A stretch of DNA of 64,000 nucleotides from an uncultured Actinomycetes bacterium (GTDB taxonomy: Bacteria; Actinomycetota; UBA4738; HRBIN12). Each line of letters begins with the position of its first letter. Within the stretch, counting starts at the first letter, position 1. Where the stretch lies: positions 35,112 through 99,111 of the forward strand of contig CAWGKU010000004.1 of the NCBI GenBank assembly GCA_963823255.1. The letters are read 5' to 3'. This document shows positions 49,025-59,500 of this stretch, piece after piece. The notes beneath the pieces were generated by a model. That model worked only from the letters and a program-made list of their open reading frames with translations. It was not told where the DNA came from and did no database searches. The translations under genes were made by a program, and so were the position numbers.

Positions 49025-50047
49025 TCACCCGAGCAAAGGTGCGGTTCCCCAGCGAGGTGAGCTCTCCCATCGATGCGTCCGCGTCAGCGGCTTGAAGTGG
49101 TCGATACGCATGTGGTCGTCGAAGTGCCCGATCCAGACATCCGCGTTCCCTTTCCTACCGACGCCCGGGTAGACGCCGATCGTCATCCGGGTGCCGTCCG
49201 GCGAGAACGAGGACGACGTGAAGGAGAACTCGCGGCCCCCGTCGATGAGCACCCGGAACCCGCTGCCGTCGGGGTGGCTGAGGAACACCTGCTGCGTGCC
49301 GGGAGCCTCGTCGTTCCGGTAGATGATCCACCGCCCGTCCGGAGACCAATCTGGGGAGTCCCCCGCCAAGAGACCCTTCGGCGAGACGCGCTCGACGTCT
49401 GATCCGTCGGTGGAATCCGCCGTGAAGATCGCAGGCTTCCAGTCTCGGCGCGCCAGCCTGCGCTCGAAGACGATCCGGGTTCCGTCGGGAGACCACTGAG
49501 GATCGAAATCCTCTGATCGCTGGAACCCGGTCGGTTGGGTGATCTGGCGGAGCCCTGTGCCGTCGGGATGGATCGCCCAAATGCTGACGTCAGCGGATTG
49601 GTGGTTCGTCACCGGCCCCGTGGCGAGGCTGAAGGCGATCCACTGTCCATCGGGGGACCAGGATGCCAAGAGGGCCGCACGGCACACGTCGTCGCCGGGG
49701 CACGGGAAGAGTCGGTGCGGGTTCGACCCGTCGACGTTGACGACCCAGATCTCGTGCGTCTCGGACTCGGGCGTGAACGTGACCCTCTCGAAAGCGAGCT
49801 GACTCCCGTCGGGGGACCAGTTCTGCGTGTAGTCGAGCTGGTTCGGGGCCGGGAACGTTATCCGGGTCTCGTGACTCCCGTCCGGGTTGACGACGAACAG
49901 CGCCCCGTTCGTGTGCTTGTCGTTGAAGTACCGCCGGAACGAGATCAGCCCATTCTCGCCCGGAGCGGTGGCGTGCACCGGCGCCGCCACGAGCACCAGC
50001 GTGCACAGGGCCGTCGAAAGCGCGATTGCCCGCGAAAGATGCCTCAT
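49025..50047 (-). CDS. Secreted TolB-like / PD40 beta-propeller repeat protein
   Basis: Signal peptide MRHLSRAIALSTALCTLVLVAAPVHA. Repeated WSPDG motifs. Confidence 0.8.
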   Translation of the reverse strand: MRHLSRAIALSTALCTLVLVAAPVHATAPGENGLISFRRYFNDKHTNGALFVVNPDGSHETRITFPAPNQLDYTQNWSPDGSQLAFERVTFTPESETHEIWVVNVDGSNPHRLFPCPGDDVCRAALLASWSPDGQWIAFSLATGPVTNHQSADVSIWAIHPDGTGLRQITQPTGFQRSEDFDPQWSPDGTRIVFERRLARRDWKPAIFTADSTDGSDVERVSPKGLLAGDSPDWSPDGRWIIYRNDEAPGTQQVFLSHPDGSGFRVLIDGGREFSFTSSSFSPDGTRMTIGVYPGVGRKGNADVWIGHFDDHMRIDHFKPLTRTHRWESSPRWGTAPLLG

Positions 50048-50612
50048 CGATCCCCCTTCGCGGGCGCGCTAGTAGGGGCACGGACGCTACTACGTCGGTG
50101 ACTCCGGCGTGCGAGCCGGTCATCTCCCCCTCGAGGCGAACGCCTCCACTATTCGCGGCTGCGGCCCGACGAGGCGAACCTCGATGCTCCAGCGTGGGAT
50201 TCAGCGCGTCGCCGAGTTGGCCGCAAAGGCCGACGATCTCGTCGACGAGGCGATCGCGGTCGGGCACAGCCGTCCGATCCGCTCGTCGTCCACGCGCTCC
50301 GGCTGGAACTCCTCAAGGTGACGGCCGACCTCGAACGTGAACTCGGGACGTTTCTCGACACGCGGGTCCCGGCTCGCCACGGAGAGAGCAGCTTCCTGTC
50401 TCACCTGAAGAGCGACGGCGCGAGAGCCGCTCGATGGATCTATGAGCGGGTCTGGGGACCCGTCAATAGTCCGAATGGGTGATGGTCGGGTGGGCCGCGC
50501 CGTGCCGGTCCGTAGACCCATCGTGCGACATGACCGACGGCGCGCGCGATGGTACTTAATGCGTCTCCGAAGTCGAAGTGGTCTACGACGCCCACCAGGA
50601 GCCAACGGACCC

Positions 50613-51932
50613 ATGTCGATCATCGAACGTTCCGCCTCGCCACAGGCTCCGGCCGCCGGGTCGAAGCCGCGCGGCGGCCGGTTGCGCGTGATCACGGCGG
50701 GCAGCGTGGGCAACATGGAGGCTCGGCTCGGGACGAGTGGGTTCGACGTCGTCGCGGTCGCCGAGACGGAGGAGGCGCTGATCGATGCCGTGTCGGCGGA
50801 CGAGGCGGACGCGATCGTCGTCGAGGCCGACCTTTGCGACTCGCTCGAGCGCGTTCGAGATCTGGCACCCAATGCACTGCTCATCGTCATCGGCGATCAC
50901 ACGCCCGCCGGCGCGCTCGGTCGCATCGAGCCTGGTGTGTCAGGGACCGTGATGGCCGGGCTCCTGCACGCGCTGGTCGCCGAAGGCGTCGGGGGGGCCG
51001 TCGGGTGGGGGCTCGTGCCCGCGTTGGGACCGCGGGGCGTGCTGCAAGTTCCCCAGCGCATCAGCGGATGGCTGCTATCGGCCAAAGCGGATCTCGTCCG
51101 AGAGTACGTTGCGAACGCCTTTCGCGACCACGCGGAACTCCTTACCGCGGCGAGCACCGTCGCGGTGACCGTTTCCGCGAGCCTTGTGCTGACGCTGAGC
51201 GCAGCCCACACGCACGAACGTTCACACGAACGCTCGGAGCGCGTCCATGTTTCCGCGCCGGCCGTGGAGCGCGCGCCGCTGTATCCGGCCGTCGCTGTTT
51301 CCCCCACGACGCCAACACCCGCCTATGTTCCCTCCCAGAACGAGGGCGAGCCCGGCGACCGACGAGGGCTGAACCGCGGTGAGTCAGGAGCTGATGGTCG
51401 CCCAGTGGGCCAGGACGCCGACGATATGGGCCAGATCGAGAACGCTGGCGACGATCTGGGTCAGGTCGAGACCGCCGCCAACGATCTGGGCCAAGGCGAG
51501 AACGCCGGCGACGATCACGGCCAGGACGAGAACGCCGGCGCCGATCACGGCAAGAACGAGAACGCCGGCGACGATCACGGCCAGGGCGAGAACGCCGGCG
51601 ACGATCACGGGCAGGGCGAGAACGCCGGCGACGATCACGGCAAGAACGAGAACGCCGGCGACGATCACGGCAAGGGCGGCGACGATCAGGACGGCGACGT
51701 GAGCGAGGGTGACGACCAGGACGCTGGCGACCAGGACGGTGAGAACCAGGACGGTGAGAACCAGGACGGTGAGAACCAGGACGGTGAGAACCAGGACGGT
51801 GAGAACCAGGACGGTGAGAACCAGGACGGTGACGAGGAGGACGGTGACGACCAGGACGTCGCGGGGGATACAGCGACCGCCGCCGGGACCTCGGCGTCAA
51901 GTCCAGCGACTGGAGTCGCCCTGACCTACTAG
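50613..51932 (+). CDS. Receiver-like (pseudo-receiver) domain protein with long acidic low-complexity repeat tail
   Basis: N-terminus RLRVITAGSVGNMEARLGTSGFDVVAVAETEEALIDAVSADEADAIVVEADL is REC-like. The C-terminus has ~9 copies of (ENAGDDHGQG) and ~7 copies of (GENQD). Confidence 0.55.
   Translation: MSIIERSASPQAPAAGSKPRGGRLRVITAGSVGNMEARLGTSGFDVVAVAETEEALIDAVSADEADAIVVEADLCDSLERVRDLAPNALLIVIGDHTPAGALGRIEPGVSGTVMAGLLHALVAEGVGGAVGWGLVPALGPRGVLQVPQRISGWLLSAKADLVREYVANAFRDHAELLTAASTVAVTVSASLVLTLSAAHTHERSHERSERVHVSAPAVERAPLYPAVAVSPTTPTPAYVPSQNEGEPGDRRGLNRGESGADGRPVGQDADDMGQIENAGDDLGQVETAANDLGQGENAGDDHGQDENAGADHGKNENAGDDHGQGENAGDDHGQGENAGDDHGKNENAGDDHGKGGDDQDGDVSEGDDQDAGDQDGENQDGENQDGENQDGENQDGENQDGENQDGDEEDGDDQDVAGDTATAAGTSASSPATGVALTY
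51411..51684. repeat. 30-nt coding tandem repeat (~9 units, GACGATCACGGCCAGGGCGAGAACGCCGGC-like)
   Basis: Direct inspection. The units diverge at the edges. Confidence 0.8.
51733..51830. repeat. 15-nt coding tandem repeat (GACGGTGAGAACCAG x6-7)
   Basis: Direct inspection. Encodes DGENQ repeats. Confidence 0.85.
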
Positions 51933-52129
51933 CGTCCGGTCATGTCCTTCGAGGAGATGGGAGCAAGCGCTCCGCCACGCCTTAATGGATCAGTGGAGGA
52001 TCGAGCAGCCTTCGTTCGCATGAGGGTCGCCCAGTAGCCGGGCAACCCCTCGATCCGTCGGTCAGCCACCGGGATTCCAGGGCCCGTGGCCCGGCTTCTG
52101 GGACGTCAGGAACGGAACCAACAACCCGT

Positions 52130-52207
52130 GGCGTCGTGTTCGGCGACGCTTTTCGTGCCTACGCTACCCAGCCCTCTCGATCCGCCCCCAACACTCCTTG
52201 TGCGTAC
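52130..52207. repeat. Interspersed repeat copy (hairpin + TTTTCGTGCCT...CCCTCTCGATCCGCC + tail)
   Basis: Aligns with the copies at 53499, 55017, 55693 and 20004. Leading hairpin GCGTCGTGTTCGGCGACGC. Confidence 0.7.
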
Positions 52208-52409
52208 ACCGAATGGTGATGGGTCGTGTCAGATCAGCTTCATGGCGCAGATGGCAATGGGGTCGAGTAACGGGGTCGAGTAACGGGGTGCAAGTCCGAG
52301 GGCCAGGCACTGGGCGCACCGGGAGCCCACGCCGCACGGCGAACCGGCGGCCTAGACTCCGCAGGAGAATCTGCGATCCGTGCCCGCGTGACTAGCCGAG
52401 GAGGCCGTT

Positions 52410-53444
52410 CTGAGCGAGCGGGTCTGCCTCCGGTGTGACTGGACCGGCGAGACGGAAGCGGCCGTCTGTCCCAGGTGCGGGGCACCTCTATACGGACTCC
52501 CGGAACCGACGACTCCCCACGAGGTCACCCAAGCCCCCCACATGCAACGGCATCCGGCGGATGACCGCATGGACAGCTCGCCGATCGAGGCGGCCCGAGA
52601 CGAGAGCGTCCCACCTGCCGAGCCGGTCGCCGCCAGCAGGCGGTGGGCGGTGATCGTTGGTGCCCTCGCGGTGGCGGCGGTCTGGAACGTTGTGAGCCAC
52701 GGCCCGTTCGACCGCCTCCAGATGCCCGTCGTCCCGGGAGGGGCGCAGACAGGACCGACGGTCATCATGGGGTCGTTCTACCCCGAACAGGTGGGCGCCT
52801 CCGTTCTTCCACCCGAGGGGGCATCGCCGAGCGCTCCGGAGCGCGGAAAGCTCGTCGCGGGCAAGGAAGACATCTACGTCTACGCCGACGGGCGGATGAT
52901 CTGGGGTCGAGAGGGTTTGCCCGTCTGGCTCGAGCAACGCCTCACACCTGAGGGCGTCGAGCTCGTGCGTTCGGGTGCGGTACGGCTCGATGGTCAGTCC
53001 TTGGACCCCGGGTCGGCCCTGCCGGAAGGCGTGTTGGAGCCTCGGCTGATCGAGGCGTACGTCCCGTCAAGCTTCGCCGTCTGCCCCGGGCGCTGGCCTT
53101 GGAACACGGGATCGCCCGAACCGTCGTCCATCCTGGCCCATCTCCCGGTCCCGGCCCAGGCGTTGCTCCGAGGCAATGAACGGACGTACGACGCATCCGG
53201 GGGGGTGATCGGAGGCAACCCACCACGTCCATTCACATGCTTCGAGGTGACCACCGAGGAGGCTCGAGCACTCGACGGGATCTTCCGCGATGCGGGGATC
53301 GAACGGATCGACGAACTGGATAGCTCGACACCCTCGCAATGGGTCGTCTACGAGGTCAGGGCCACGGCCGCGATTCGCCGATCGTTCATCTCGATGATGC
53401 CGCTCCTCCCGCATGGAGAGTGGGGATTCTCGGACGCCGGATGA
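52410..53444 (+). CDS. Membrane-anchored hypothetical protein with N-terminal zinc-ribbon (start codon uncertain)
   Basis: The frame is open from 52392. CLRCDWTGETEAAVCPRCG lies upstream of the first ATG (52542). RBS GAGGAGG at 52397. One TM (WAVIVGALAVAAVWNVV), then a ~250-aa extracytoplasmic domain. Confidence 0.5.
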   Translation: MSERVCLRCDWTGETEAAVCPRCGAPLYGLPEPTTPHEVTQAPHMQRHPADDRMDSSPIEAARDESVPPAEPVAASRRWAVIVGALAVAAVWNVVSHGPFDRLQMPVVPGGAQTGPTVIMGSFYPEQVGASVLPPEGASPSAPERGKLVAGKEDIYVYADGRMIWGREGLPVWLEQRLTPEGVELVRSGAVRLDGQSLDPGSALPEGVLEPRLIEAYVPSSFAVCPGRWPWNTGSPEPSSILAHLPVPAQALLRGNERTYDASGGVIGGNPPRPFTCFEVTTEEARALDGIFRDAGIERIDELDSSTPSQWVVYEVRATAAIRRSFISMMPLLPHGEWGFSDAG

Positions 53445-53498
53445 GCGCCCACGGGTTCGAACGGCCCAGGTCGGCCGCGAGCCCGAGCAGTCCACCCC

Positions 53499-53576
53499 GC
53501 CGTCGCGTTCAGCGACGGTTTCCGTGCCTGCGCCACCCAACCCTCTCGATCCGCCCTCAACGCTCCTTATGCGTCG
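53499..53576. repeat. Interspersed repeat copy
   Basis: CCGTCGCGTTCAGCGACGG hairpin + TTTCCGTGCCTGCGCCACCCAACCCTCTCGATCCGCCCTCAACGCTCCTTATGCG. Confidence 0.7.
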
Positions 53577-53786
53577 ACCGAACAAGACGGGGTTAGCGGT
53601 CTTGAGATCACGTCCGTGCTACCGGGCGCACCGGATGCCCGCGCCGCATGGCGATCCGTCCAGTCGGGGTGGCGAAGTGTCTCGTCCCGCTTATCTGCTG
53701 CAGCTCAGGTCACTCCAGCTTCGTATCCGAGGGTCGGGCGTTGGACCCGTGGCGACCTCTAAGGCCCAGAGGTATGGTTCGCGGAA

Positions 53787-54098
53787 GTGGACGACCTGCC
53801 AGCAGCCGACATGGCCGAGCTGTGCCACGAGCACCAAGACTGCATCAAGGGGTTCAAGGCGACCGCGACTGGCGACCTTGCGCCGCTGGCGGGTTGGTGG
53901 CATTTCGTGTGGGACCAGGAAGACATGCAGTGGAACATCACTGATCCGACCGGCGAGAACGGCTATGTGGTCGTCCAATCTGTGGATGCGTCGTTCCCGC
54001 CCGCGGCTCTGATCGATGCGGCTCCTGGAATATTGCTCCAGCCGATCGTCTCCATCATCGAAGAAGAGGGCCTCTTCCCTCCGATACGCCGCTCCTAG
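53787..54098 (+). CDS. Hypothetical protein
   Basis: 103 aa, protein-like composition (WWHFVWDQEDMQWNITDPTGENGYVVVQ). No known domain. Confidence 0.35.
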   Translation: MDDLPAADMAELCHEHQDCIKGFKATATGDLAPLAGWWHFVWDQEDMQWNITDPTGENGYVVVQSVDASFPPAALIDAAPGILLQPIVSIIEEEGLFPPIRRS

Positions 54099-54232
54099 CG
54101 CCAGGAGCCTCCTCGTCGCGATTTCGATGCTGGAATGAACCGGACCTGGGACCCGACCGTATTCCCAGTCGCGAACACGCGAGTGAAGAGCGTCGGCCGG
54201 GCTCGAGAGCCCCTGCCCTGAAGAGAACGAAG

Positions 54233-54769
54233 ATGAAGTCATCGACAAGAACGGCCCGCCGGGTCTGGATCGCCTCTGCGGTCGCGCTGATCGCGTTGTC
54301 CGCCTGCGCCAAGAACGCCGCCCCCAGCTCAGAAGGCGGCAGTTCCACGAGTACACACGCGGGCTCGGTCATCATCGGAACGAAGTCGGTTCCCGGGGCT
54401 GGCACCGTGCTCGTGGACTCGAGCGGATCGACGCTGTACGAGTTGGCATCTGAAACCGGTGGAACGATCATGTGCACCGGCTCGTGCGCCACGACGTGGC
54501 CACCCTTGCTCCTGCCGGTCGGCGTGAGCTCGGCAACCGCGGGAAACGGAGTCAGCGCGAGCGAGCTGGGCACGATCTCGCGACCCGACGGAGGCACGCA
54601 GGTCACGTACGCGGGGATGCCGCTGTACTTGTTCGTCAGCGACCACGACCCGGGACAGGCAACCGGCCAGGGGGTTGAAGGATTCCACACGGCCACTCTC
54701 TCGGGCTCCGGCTCAATGAGCGGGGCCAGCGGGAGCAGCGGGGGCCGGTACGGGTACGGGAGCGGGTAA
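54233..54769 (+). CDS. COG4315-family predicted lipoprotein (secreted repeat, Lipoprotein_15-like)
   Basis: Lipobox LSAC. Two repeats of the G..LVDS.G.TLY...D...G...C.G.CA..WPP and PLYLFVSDHDPGQATGQGVEGFH patterns. Confidence 0.75.
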   Translation: MKSSTRTARRVWIASAVALIALSACAKNAAPSSEGGSSTSTHAGSVIIGTKSVPGAGTVLVDSSGSTLYELASETGGTIMCTGSCATTWPPLLLPVGVSSATAGNGVSASELGTISRPDGGTQVTYAGMPLYLFVSDHDPGQATGQGVEGFHTATLSGSGSMSGASGSSGGRYGYGSG

Positions 54770-55016
54770 TTCGGGGCCTCAAACCAGCAACATGCCGAAG
54801 ATCACTGCCGAACGGGCAATCTGGTGGATCCACGACTCCGAATCGGGACTTGGCGCTGCCTTCATGACGAGAGGCAGGCAGCGAAACGACTGAAGCGAGG
54901 TCGAAGGGGGGTGGTACCGCTTGAACGGTGCTGCCCCTCGCCAACCAACAAGACTTCACCGCGGGCTCGGGGCACCGCCGCTTGGGAGTTCAGGAAGTCG
55001 TCCAAGCCGACATGTC

Positions 55017-55080
55017 TAGCGACGCATTTCGTGCCTGCGCTTCCCAGCCCTCTCGATCCGCCCTCAACGCTCCTGATGCG
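55017..55080. repeat. Interspersed repeat copy
   Basis: GACGCATTTCGTGCCTGCGCTTCCCAGCCCTCTCGATCCGCCCTCAACGCTCCTGATGCG. Confidence 0.7.
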
Positions 55081-55207
55081 AAGAGTCCACGCCCATGAGC
55101 CGCCGGGGCATGACCACCTCTTCATCCCCCCCGGATGATGCACCGCTCATGCCCTTGCGCTCGAATGGCATGAGGGTTCGGCCCTGGGTAGGAAGGCTGG
55201 TGGCGAC

Positions 55208-55618
55208 ATGATCTGGGCGATTCTCGTGCTGCTCGGGGTCCCGCTGTGGGTGTGTGCAATCGGCATCCTCGTGATCGCGTTCGGCAACCGCAAGCTACGG
55301 AAGCGCCACGGCGACATCCCGGTCCGCGTGAGGCTCCCCGGGAAGAACCGATGGACCCGAGGGCACGCGATCTGGGTGTCGGACGTGTTCGCGTGGCGGG
55401 GTAGCCCCGCCGCCTGGGACGAGGATCTCGAACGGATCTCCGACGTGACGATGCGGAGCCCCGACCCTGAGGAACGCAAGAAGCTGCACCACCTCGGTGA
55501 GGGGTTCGTGATCGCGACGCTTTCGATGAAGGACGGCGAGGCCCTCGACGTGGCCGCCGGACCGGATGACAGCTCCGCGCTCCTCGGACCCTTCGAACCC
55601 AAGATGCAGCTGGCATAA
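55208..55618 (+). CDS. DUF2550-family membrane protein
   Basis: N-terminal TM, then RVRLPGKNRWTRGHAIWVSDVFAWRGSPAAW...ISDVTMRSPDPEERKKL, matching the DUF2550 pattern. Confidence 0.6.
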   Translation: MIWAILVLLGVPLWVCAIGILVIAFGNRKLRKRHGDIPVRVRLPGKNRWTRGHAIWVSDVFAWRGSPAAWDEDLERISDVTMRSPDPEERKKLHHLGEGFVIATLSMKDGEALDVAAGPDDSSALLGPFEPKMQLA

Positions 55619-55692
55619 CGGCCCAGACCGCACGTGAGGGCTCGGAGAGGCTTCGCACGAGAGGCGTGATAGCGCGCCGCACGTCGAGCCAG

Positions 55693-55783
55693 TGCGTCGC
55701 TTCCAGCGACGGTTTCCGTGCCTGCCTCCCCAGCCCTCTCGATCCGCCGATCGTCCTCCACGTAGACGACACACGGTCCTTGC
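55693..55783. repeat. Interspersed repeat copy (5' module + spacer + GACACACGGTCC core)
   Basis: GCGTCGCTTCCAGCGACGG hairpin + TTTCCGTGCCTGCCTCCCCAGCCCTCTCGATCCGCCGATCGTCCTCCACGTAGACGACACACGGTCC. Confidence 0.7.
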
Positions 55784-55914
55784 GCTTCGGTGTCACCAGT
55801 CTCCCAAACCTGCGCTGCGTAGCACTCCGGGATGCTCGTGAACCGAGAGCCCGCGCCGAATCGACAAGCGAACGCCCCGGCTGGAACGGCCAGGGCGATC
55901 CGCAGTCGCTTGGT

Positions 55915-56304
55915 TCAGCGGCGTTGGTGGCGGTCGTAGAAGCTCGCCGGGAGCCCGTCGCTGATGATCCAGTTGGTCACGAGCTTGTTACTGATGAGCT
56001 TGTGTGTCTTGATCCCGAGCTCCAGCCGGGCTTGGGCGTTCAGTTCGCTTGGTGTGTTCGCTGTGCCGCCGAGCGTCTGCTCGGCCCCGCCCACGATCCC
56101 GGCGTTCAGCTCGCTCGGGGTGTTGACCTCGCTCGGCGTGTTGACCAGCTGACGGCCGACGGACGTTGTCTGACCCCGCTGCCCTTGGTCGACCGAGATG
56201 GCGACCACGCCGATGGTCAGCATGACGAACGACGCGAGGAACGTAGCGAGCAAGATGGAACCGCCCGCCCTAGGCGCCTGCTGCGTTCCGACCCTGGTGC
56301 TCAT
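55915..56304 (-). CDS. Membrane-anchored hypothetical protein with NTPSE(L/V)N repeats
   Basis: One TM (ILLATFLASFVMLTIGVVAI). Three NTPSEVN/NTPSELN repeats. Confidence 0.45.
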   Translation of the reverse strand: MSTRVGTQQAPRAGGSILLATFLASFVMLTIGVVAISVDQGQRGQTTSVGRQLVNTPSEVNTPSELNAGIVGGAEQTLGGTANTPSELNAQARLELGIKTHKLISNKLVTNWIISDGLPASFYDRHQRR

Positions 56305-56585
56305 CGTTCCCTCCCTTCGGCTCTGTCACTTGGATACGTCTCGAGTGGACCGTAGACCGGGCACTCTGGCGGGTCGGTGCTTCGAAGCACCTGGTTGAGG
56401 TGACCTCGCTCACTGGCGGCTTGAAGGCCCGACGGGGGCGCCGGGGGACGATCGACGAACAGCGCATACAGGCTGCACGCCGCGTCAGCGCCCGTGAGAC
56501 GGGCGACGGAGTCGACGAGCATCGCGCTCTGGCCGACCACGCAGTCGGGTTCGGGCCGTGCTCGGCTGCCGCGGATCCGGGTCGG

Positions 56586-59500
56586 TTACTGGACCCAGAG
56601 GCGACTGAGCAGGATCCCCCATTGAGGGTGGACCTGGACGTTTTCCACGCGTGCCGAGACGGCGAGCGTGGAGACCGGGTTATCCACGGGGGCCACGATC
56701 GCGTCCTCGACGAGCTGGTGATCGAGATCCGTCCACGCGCTGTTCGCGGCCGCCGGATCGGTCTCCTGGAGCCGGAGGGCGTGCTTGAACATGGCGTTCA
56801 GACTCTCGCTGCAAAAGCCCGAGTAGGGGCCCCACCGGCGCTCCGCACCAGACCTTTGGCGTTGATGAAATCGCTGGCGATCGGGTAGGTCGAGATCCAG
56901 CCGCCAAGGTATGCCTGCGCCTCGCCCGCTGTCGATCGCCGCGAACTACTGGTCGATCGTGTCCACGATCTTCAGGTTCGCTCGCAGGCCGAGATCGTTC
57001 AGGACCTCGATGACGTACCGCATGACCTCGACCTCCGCTCGGGGAAGACCGAGGGTGTCGGCATCCATACGGTGACCTTCTCCCCCATGACTCCGGCGTC
57101 CTCGATCAGGGCATGCGCTCGATCGAGATCCGGGGCGGACCACACACCGCTGTCCGGCTCAAGGGTGTATGGGCAGAACGGCTCGTAGCCCTGGAAGTTC
57201 GGCGGGAGCATCTGGCACGTCGGACGATGGCTCGAGGGGCCGCCGTGCAGCTCGACCACATGATCTCGATCGATCGCGTAGTTCAGAGCCTGCCGCACCC
57301 GAACGTCGTCGAACGGTGGCGTGAGAGACGTTGAACCCGACCCAGGAGGTGCCGCAATCGGCCAGGGCACGACCTGATCGGGGTGCTCTGCCTGGAGCGA
57401 TGCCAGGTCCTGCGGCCGCGGCACGTCGGTCATCCAGTCGAGCTCGCCCGCGCTGAGCCGATCGAAGGCGTTCGCGGGGTCCTGTCCGAACCGCCACGAG
57501 ATCGCGTCCACGAAGCCATCGGGCTGGGCCGCGCCCGACCACTCGCGGAACTCAGGGTTCCGCACCAACTCGACGCCGTCGGCGCCGGCCTCCGCGATCA
57601 TGTACGGCCCCGTCGCCGGTACGGGCTCGAGACCCTGGTCCTCGGCCGGGATCTCGACGGGGACCGGGTAGGTCACGGGCAGCGCGAGCTTGTAGGGCAG
57701 GTCGGGATCCGGCCGCACGAGGTGGAACGTCACCGCCTCGGCGTCGGCGACGATCGATCCGGAGAGATCGCATGTGGACGGCTCCGCGATGCAGGCCTCC
57801 GCACCGTCGATCGTGCTTGAACAGGTGGCGGCCTCCGCGGCGATCGCGAGAAATCGCTCCACGGCGTGCCGGAAGTCCTCGGGGCGCACGGGTTCCCCGG
57901 TCGAGTAGCTGATCCCCTGGCGAAGCGGGAACCGATAGGTGAGTCCATCGGCGGATATCTCGGGGAGCGTCGAGGCGAGGTCCGGGACCAACGTCGCGCC
58001 TCCGGGCCTCCGACCTTCTCGTAGGACAGGAGCCCGTCGTTCGTGATCGCCAGGATCTGCCCCGCGAGGGTGTCGTTGAATACAACGATCGCGGGGTCGA
58101 GCGACTTCGGAGCTCCTCTGCTCAGACGAGACGGTCAGGGTGCCGCCGCGGTGCTCTGCGGCCGATGCTCCGACGGCGAGCCACAGGCCATTACCCTCGG
58201 TCGCCAGCGAAGCCGCCGTCCCGCCGACGGGGATCGCCTGCCCGACGTCGTTCGTGCCTGGGTCGATCGCACTGATCGTGTCATCGAACTCGTTGGCGAC
58301 CCACACGGAGCCCGCCACGTCCACGAGCGCGTTCGGGCCCTCACCGAGCCCGATGATCGTGTCCTGGATATCTCCGCTCGATGGATCCAGCCGCATCACG
58401 GTGTTGTCGAGGTGGTTCGAGACCCAGATGGAGTCGAAGGCCGCGTCCACTGCAGTTGGACCGTTGCCCACCGACTGCGTCAGCGTCACGCTCACGTCGG
58501 TCGGATCGACACGCGCCACCCCGTTCGGCGCGATACGAGACCCAGACGCCGTGGGAAGTGAACGCCACGCCGGAGGGCTGTCCGGCTAACGGGACGGACC
58601 GCGTCTCACCCGAGGTCGGATCGATGCGTAGCAGCACAGCCCCTACCGAGTCGGCGACCCAAAGCGCGCCGTCGCCGAACGCGATCCCCATCGGGACCGA
58701 ACCGGCGGGGAGGGTCTGACTGACCTCGTTGGTACCGACGTTGATCCGGCGCACCGTGCCATCGCCGGCATTGGTGACCCATACCGCCCCGGCACCGATC
58801 GCGATGCCCGAAGGAGAGGCGCCCACCGGGATCGTGTCGGTGACCGAACCGTCCTCCAGGTCCAGGCGTGCGACGACGTCACGGTCCGGCTCGGCGACCC
58901 ATACGCTCCCGAAGCCGATCGCGCTCGCACCGGGGCGCTGCCCCAGAGGCGTGGCGAAGTCGAGGCTCCCCTCCTCGGCGTTCATCCGCGCGATCGAGTT
59001 CGTCCCGACATCGACGGCCTCGCCGCCATCGGACCCGAGCAGCGGGATGGCGATCGCGACGAGCGCCAAGACAACGGCGATCCCGACGACGACCGGCCAG
59101 CGCCGTGAGGTCCTCCGCCCCGCGGGAAGGGGTGGCGGCGCGAAGGGGCGCAGCCGCTCGACGGGGTCCTCGCCCTCAGGCACGACGCGGACGACCACGA
59201 TGGGTTCGTCCAGTCCTTTAAGCAACAAGGGACCGCGGTCCTCGTACCGGACGCCATCCACCCGTCGCGCCAGGTGCGTGACTTCCCGCGAGGCGAGGAT
59301 CTCGCCGGCCCGGGCCTCGCCACAGAGCCGGGCCGCGAGGTTCAGGGCTCCGCCCCGGTAGCCACCCTGGACCGCAACCGCCTCGCCCGCGTCCAGGCCG
59401 ATCCCGAACGTGAGCGGCAGCTCCGGCTCCCGGAGCGTCTCCTGCACGAACCGCCGCTGGAGGTCTACCGCGGCGCGGATCGACTCCCGGGTTGAGGAGA

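Noticed and set aside
50048-50440. Possible small upstream ORF(s) on the minus strand before the TolB-like gene (frames of 49590..50267 and 50201..50890).
   Set aside because: The only protein-like stretches lie in two different frames over the same DNA. There are no start or RBS signals. Treated as 5' UTR or promoter region.
52086-52283. ORFs reading through repeat copies (encoding ...LPSPLDPPSTLLMRR...), as in MIRU-encoded peptides.
   Set aside because: The peptide similarity is a by-product of nucleotide conservation of the repeat. Frames and lengths differ between copies, and there are no start signals.
53440-53470. tRNA genes: scan for GGTTCGAATCC-like T-arms, e.g. GGGTTCGAACGGCCC at ~53450.
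   Set aside because: There is no cloverleaf context, acceptor stem or CCA-compatible end. I found no tRNA or rRNA in the window.
52130-55790. Integron cassette array.
   Set aside because: There is no IntI integrase, no attI, and no recognisable attC core / inverse-core sites. The same repeat also occurs singly at distant loci, so a MIRU/REP-like element is more parsimonious.
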